64,000 nt of DNA. Source: Lachnospiraceae bacterium. Lineage in GTDB: Bacteria > Bacillota > Clostridia > Lachnospirales > Lachnospiraceae. Below, piece by piece: positions 62,773 through 64,000 of the stretch. Where the stretch lies: NCBI GenBank assembly GCA_017427415.1, contig JAFRSU010000086.1, positions 12,547 through 76,546 of the forward strand, in the 5' to 3' direction. A program made the position numbers and the translations under genes. Within the stretch, counting starts at the first letter, position 1, and every line of letters starts with the position of its first letter. The notes under the pieces were generated by a model. It had not been told where the DNA came from, did not search any database, and saw only the letters and a list, made by a program, of their open reading frames with translations.

Positions 62773-64000
62773 ATGCAGTTTTTGGAAGTATTTGACGGAT
62801 TAAGATCCGAATCGAGACTTAAAAAAGTATTTGAAAAGTCATCCGTTACGGATATTACAAGCTCCAACAAGCATAACCGTATGGATGTATATATAGATTC
62901 CGACATTTTTATCAAGACTGAGGATAGGAAACAGATGGAAAAGCTGCTGCTTGACCAGTTTTTCATGTCCGAAGGAAAGGATGTATATCTGCATATCCGC
63001 TGCATCAAGGAAAATGCAGATATGCCCGATATCTGGAGCAGGTACGGTGTGTATGTGGATGATGAGTTCTCCTGTGAATCGGGATTGCTCGAGAGCATCT
63101 ACAAAAATGCCAATATCACTGTCGGCAAGGATAAGATCAATATCGAGCTTAATGACAATTTCATCAACCATCAGACAGAAAAGAAGATATCAGAGACTAT
63201 CACAACGTTTTTGAATGATTATTTCGGGTTGAAGGCGGCTCTTTCTTTTTCCTACAGAGAGCATGAAGAAGAGGATTTCGAAGAGGAACAGAAGGAATAC
63301 CTCGAGCATATGGAAAGCTATATCTTGGAGGTAGAGAACAGTAAGATAGCTGCTGCAGAGGATAAGTCTGCTGAGGGTGCTTCGAATACAGGCTCCGACT
63401 CAGGTACGTCTAACACAGCAAAATCTTCCGGCAGCAAGGAAGAATCAAAAGATAAGCAAAAAGGCGGTTATTCCTCATTTGACAGATCTAAGTTCGTCAA
63501 GAAAAAGCTTGTCGTGGATCCTGATGTCGTATACGGTACAACTGTCGAAGGCGATGTAATAGATATTTCCGAGATAATGGATAATATGGGCGATGTCGTG
63601 ATAAAGGGCATGGTCCTTAAAGTCTATGACTTGGTAACGACCAAGACCGGTAAATTCATCTTCAAGTTCAGTATGACCGATTTTACGGACAGTATCCTCT
63701 GTAAGTTTTTCATAAGGGACGAGGAAGATAAAAACAACGTGATAAATACTATCAAGGAAGGCAGCTTTTTCCTTATAAAAGGAAGTGCCGAGACTGATAT
63801 GTTCGAGCCCGGTCACGAGACCACCATCCAGAAGGTAAGGGGTATCAAGCCCATAAAGGACTTCCGCGTAAAACGCAGAGACGAAGCGGAAGTTAAGCGT
63901 ATAGAACTCCACGCACATACCCAGATGAGCGACATGGACGGTGTTATCCCGGCCAATGTCTTAGTTAAGCGTGCTTTAGAATGGGGACACAGGGGTATCG
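62773..64000 (+). CDS. polC: DNA polymerase III PolC-type, N-terminal part (runs off the window)
   Basis: AAGGAG lies 6 nt before ATG 62773 and the frame is open to the window end. It contains an OB-fold region and the start of the PHP domain (ELHAHTQMSDMDGVIPA). Confidence 0.9.
   Translation, partial: MQFLEVFDGLRSESRLKKVFEKSSVTDITSSNKHNRMDVYIDSDIFIKTEDRKQMEKLLLDQFFMSEGKDVYLHIRCIKENADMPDIWSRYGVYVDDEFSCESGLLESIYKNANITVGKDKINIELNDNFINHQTEKKISETITTFLNDYFGLKAALSFSYREHEEEDFEEEQKEYLEHMESYILEVENSKIAAAEDKSAEGASNTGSDSGTSNTAKSSGSKEESKDKQKGGYSSFDRSKFVKKKLVVDPDVVYGTTVEGDVIDISEIMDNMGDVVIKGMVLKVYDLVTTKTGKFIFKFSMTDFTDSILCKFFIRDEEDKNNVINTIKEGSFFLIKGSAETDMFEPGHETTIQKVRGIKPIKDFRVKRRDEAEVKRIELHAHTQMSDMDGVIPANVLVKRALEWGHRGI

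Noticed and set aside
1-64000. A search for tRNA, rRNA, tmRNA, RNase P, riboswitch and T-box elements in the spacers longer than 140 bp.
   Set aside because: I found no cloverleaf-compatible stretches, no T-box specifier/antiterminator layout and no recognisable riboswitch cores. Only the L21-leader position is plausible, and it is listed at low confidence.

Overview
The window looks like a core chromosomal segment of a low-GC Firmicute. PolC, the Prp-processed L27 N-terminal extension, ScpAB, IreB and RNase J all point to Clostridia, and the xylan genes suggest a Lachnospiraceae- or Butyrivibrio-like organism, though that last step is only inference. About 60 genes are present and nearly all lie on the + strand. 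They fall into housekeeping blocks syntenic with Bacillus subtilis: scpAB; rplU-prp-rpmA-obg-yhbY-nadD/yqeK-rsfS; lexA; ackA-pta; prmA-rsmE; nifS-thiI; mtaB; ireB-ruvX-DUF1292-rnj-mltG-like-trmR-U32; mnmA; and pyrH-frr-uppS-cdsA-dxr-rseP-ispG-polC. Accessory genes sit between these blocks: an amidase, a Xer-like recombinase, tldD/pmbA, an HTH-Uma2 fusion, a SWIM-SNF2 helicase, an HD-GYP sensor, and an esterase plus a GH10 xylanase. I found no rRNA, tRNA, CRISPR array, IS element or prophage, and no clear-cut novel defence system. The best candidate system is a YdjI/YdjG-type SPFH plus zinc-ribbon membrane module without pspA, packed tightly against an RNase H-fold gene and a bactofilin (48.2-52.4 kb). 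A paralogous zinc-ribbon gene plus a TPM-domain gene is wedged between cdsA and dxr (56.2-58.6 kb). The window also carries at least three families of short palindromic intergenic repeats. One family sits almost always just 5' of a start codon, occurs in a simple and a 72-bp composite form, and builds a 289-bp foldback element upstream of ispG. All protein calls come from motif recognition by eye, with no searches run, so boundaries and family names need confirmation.
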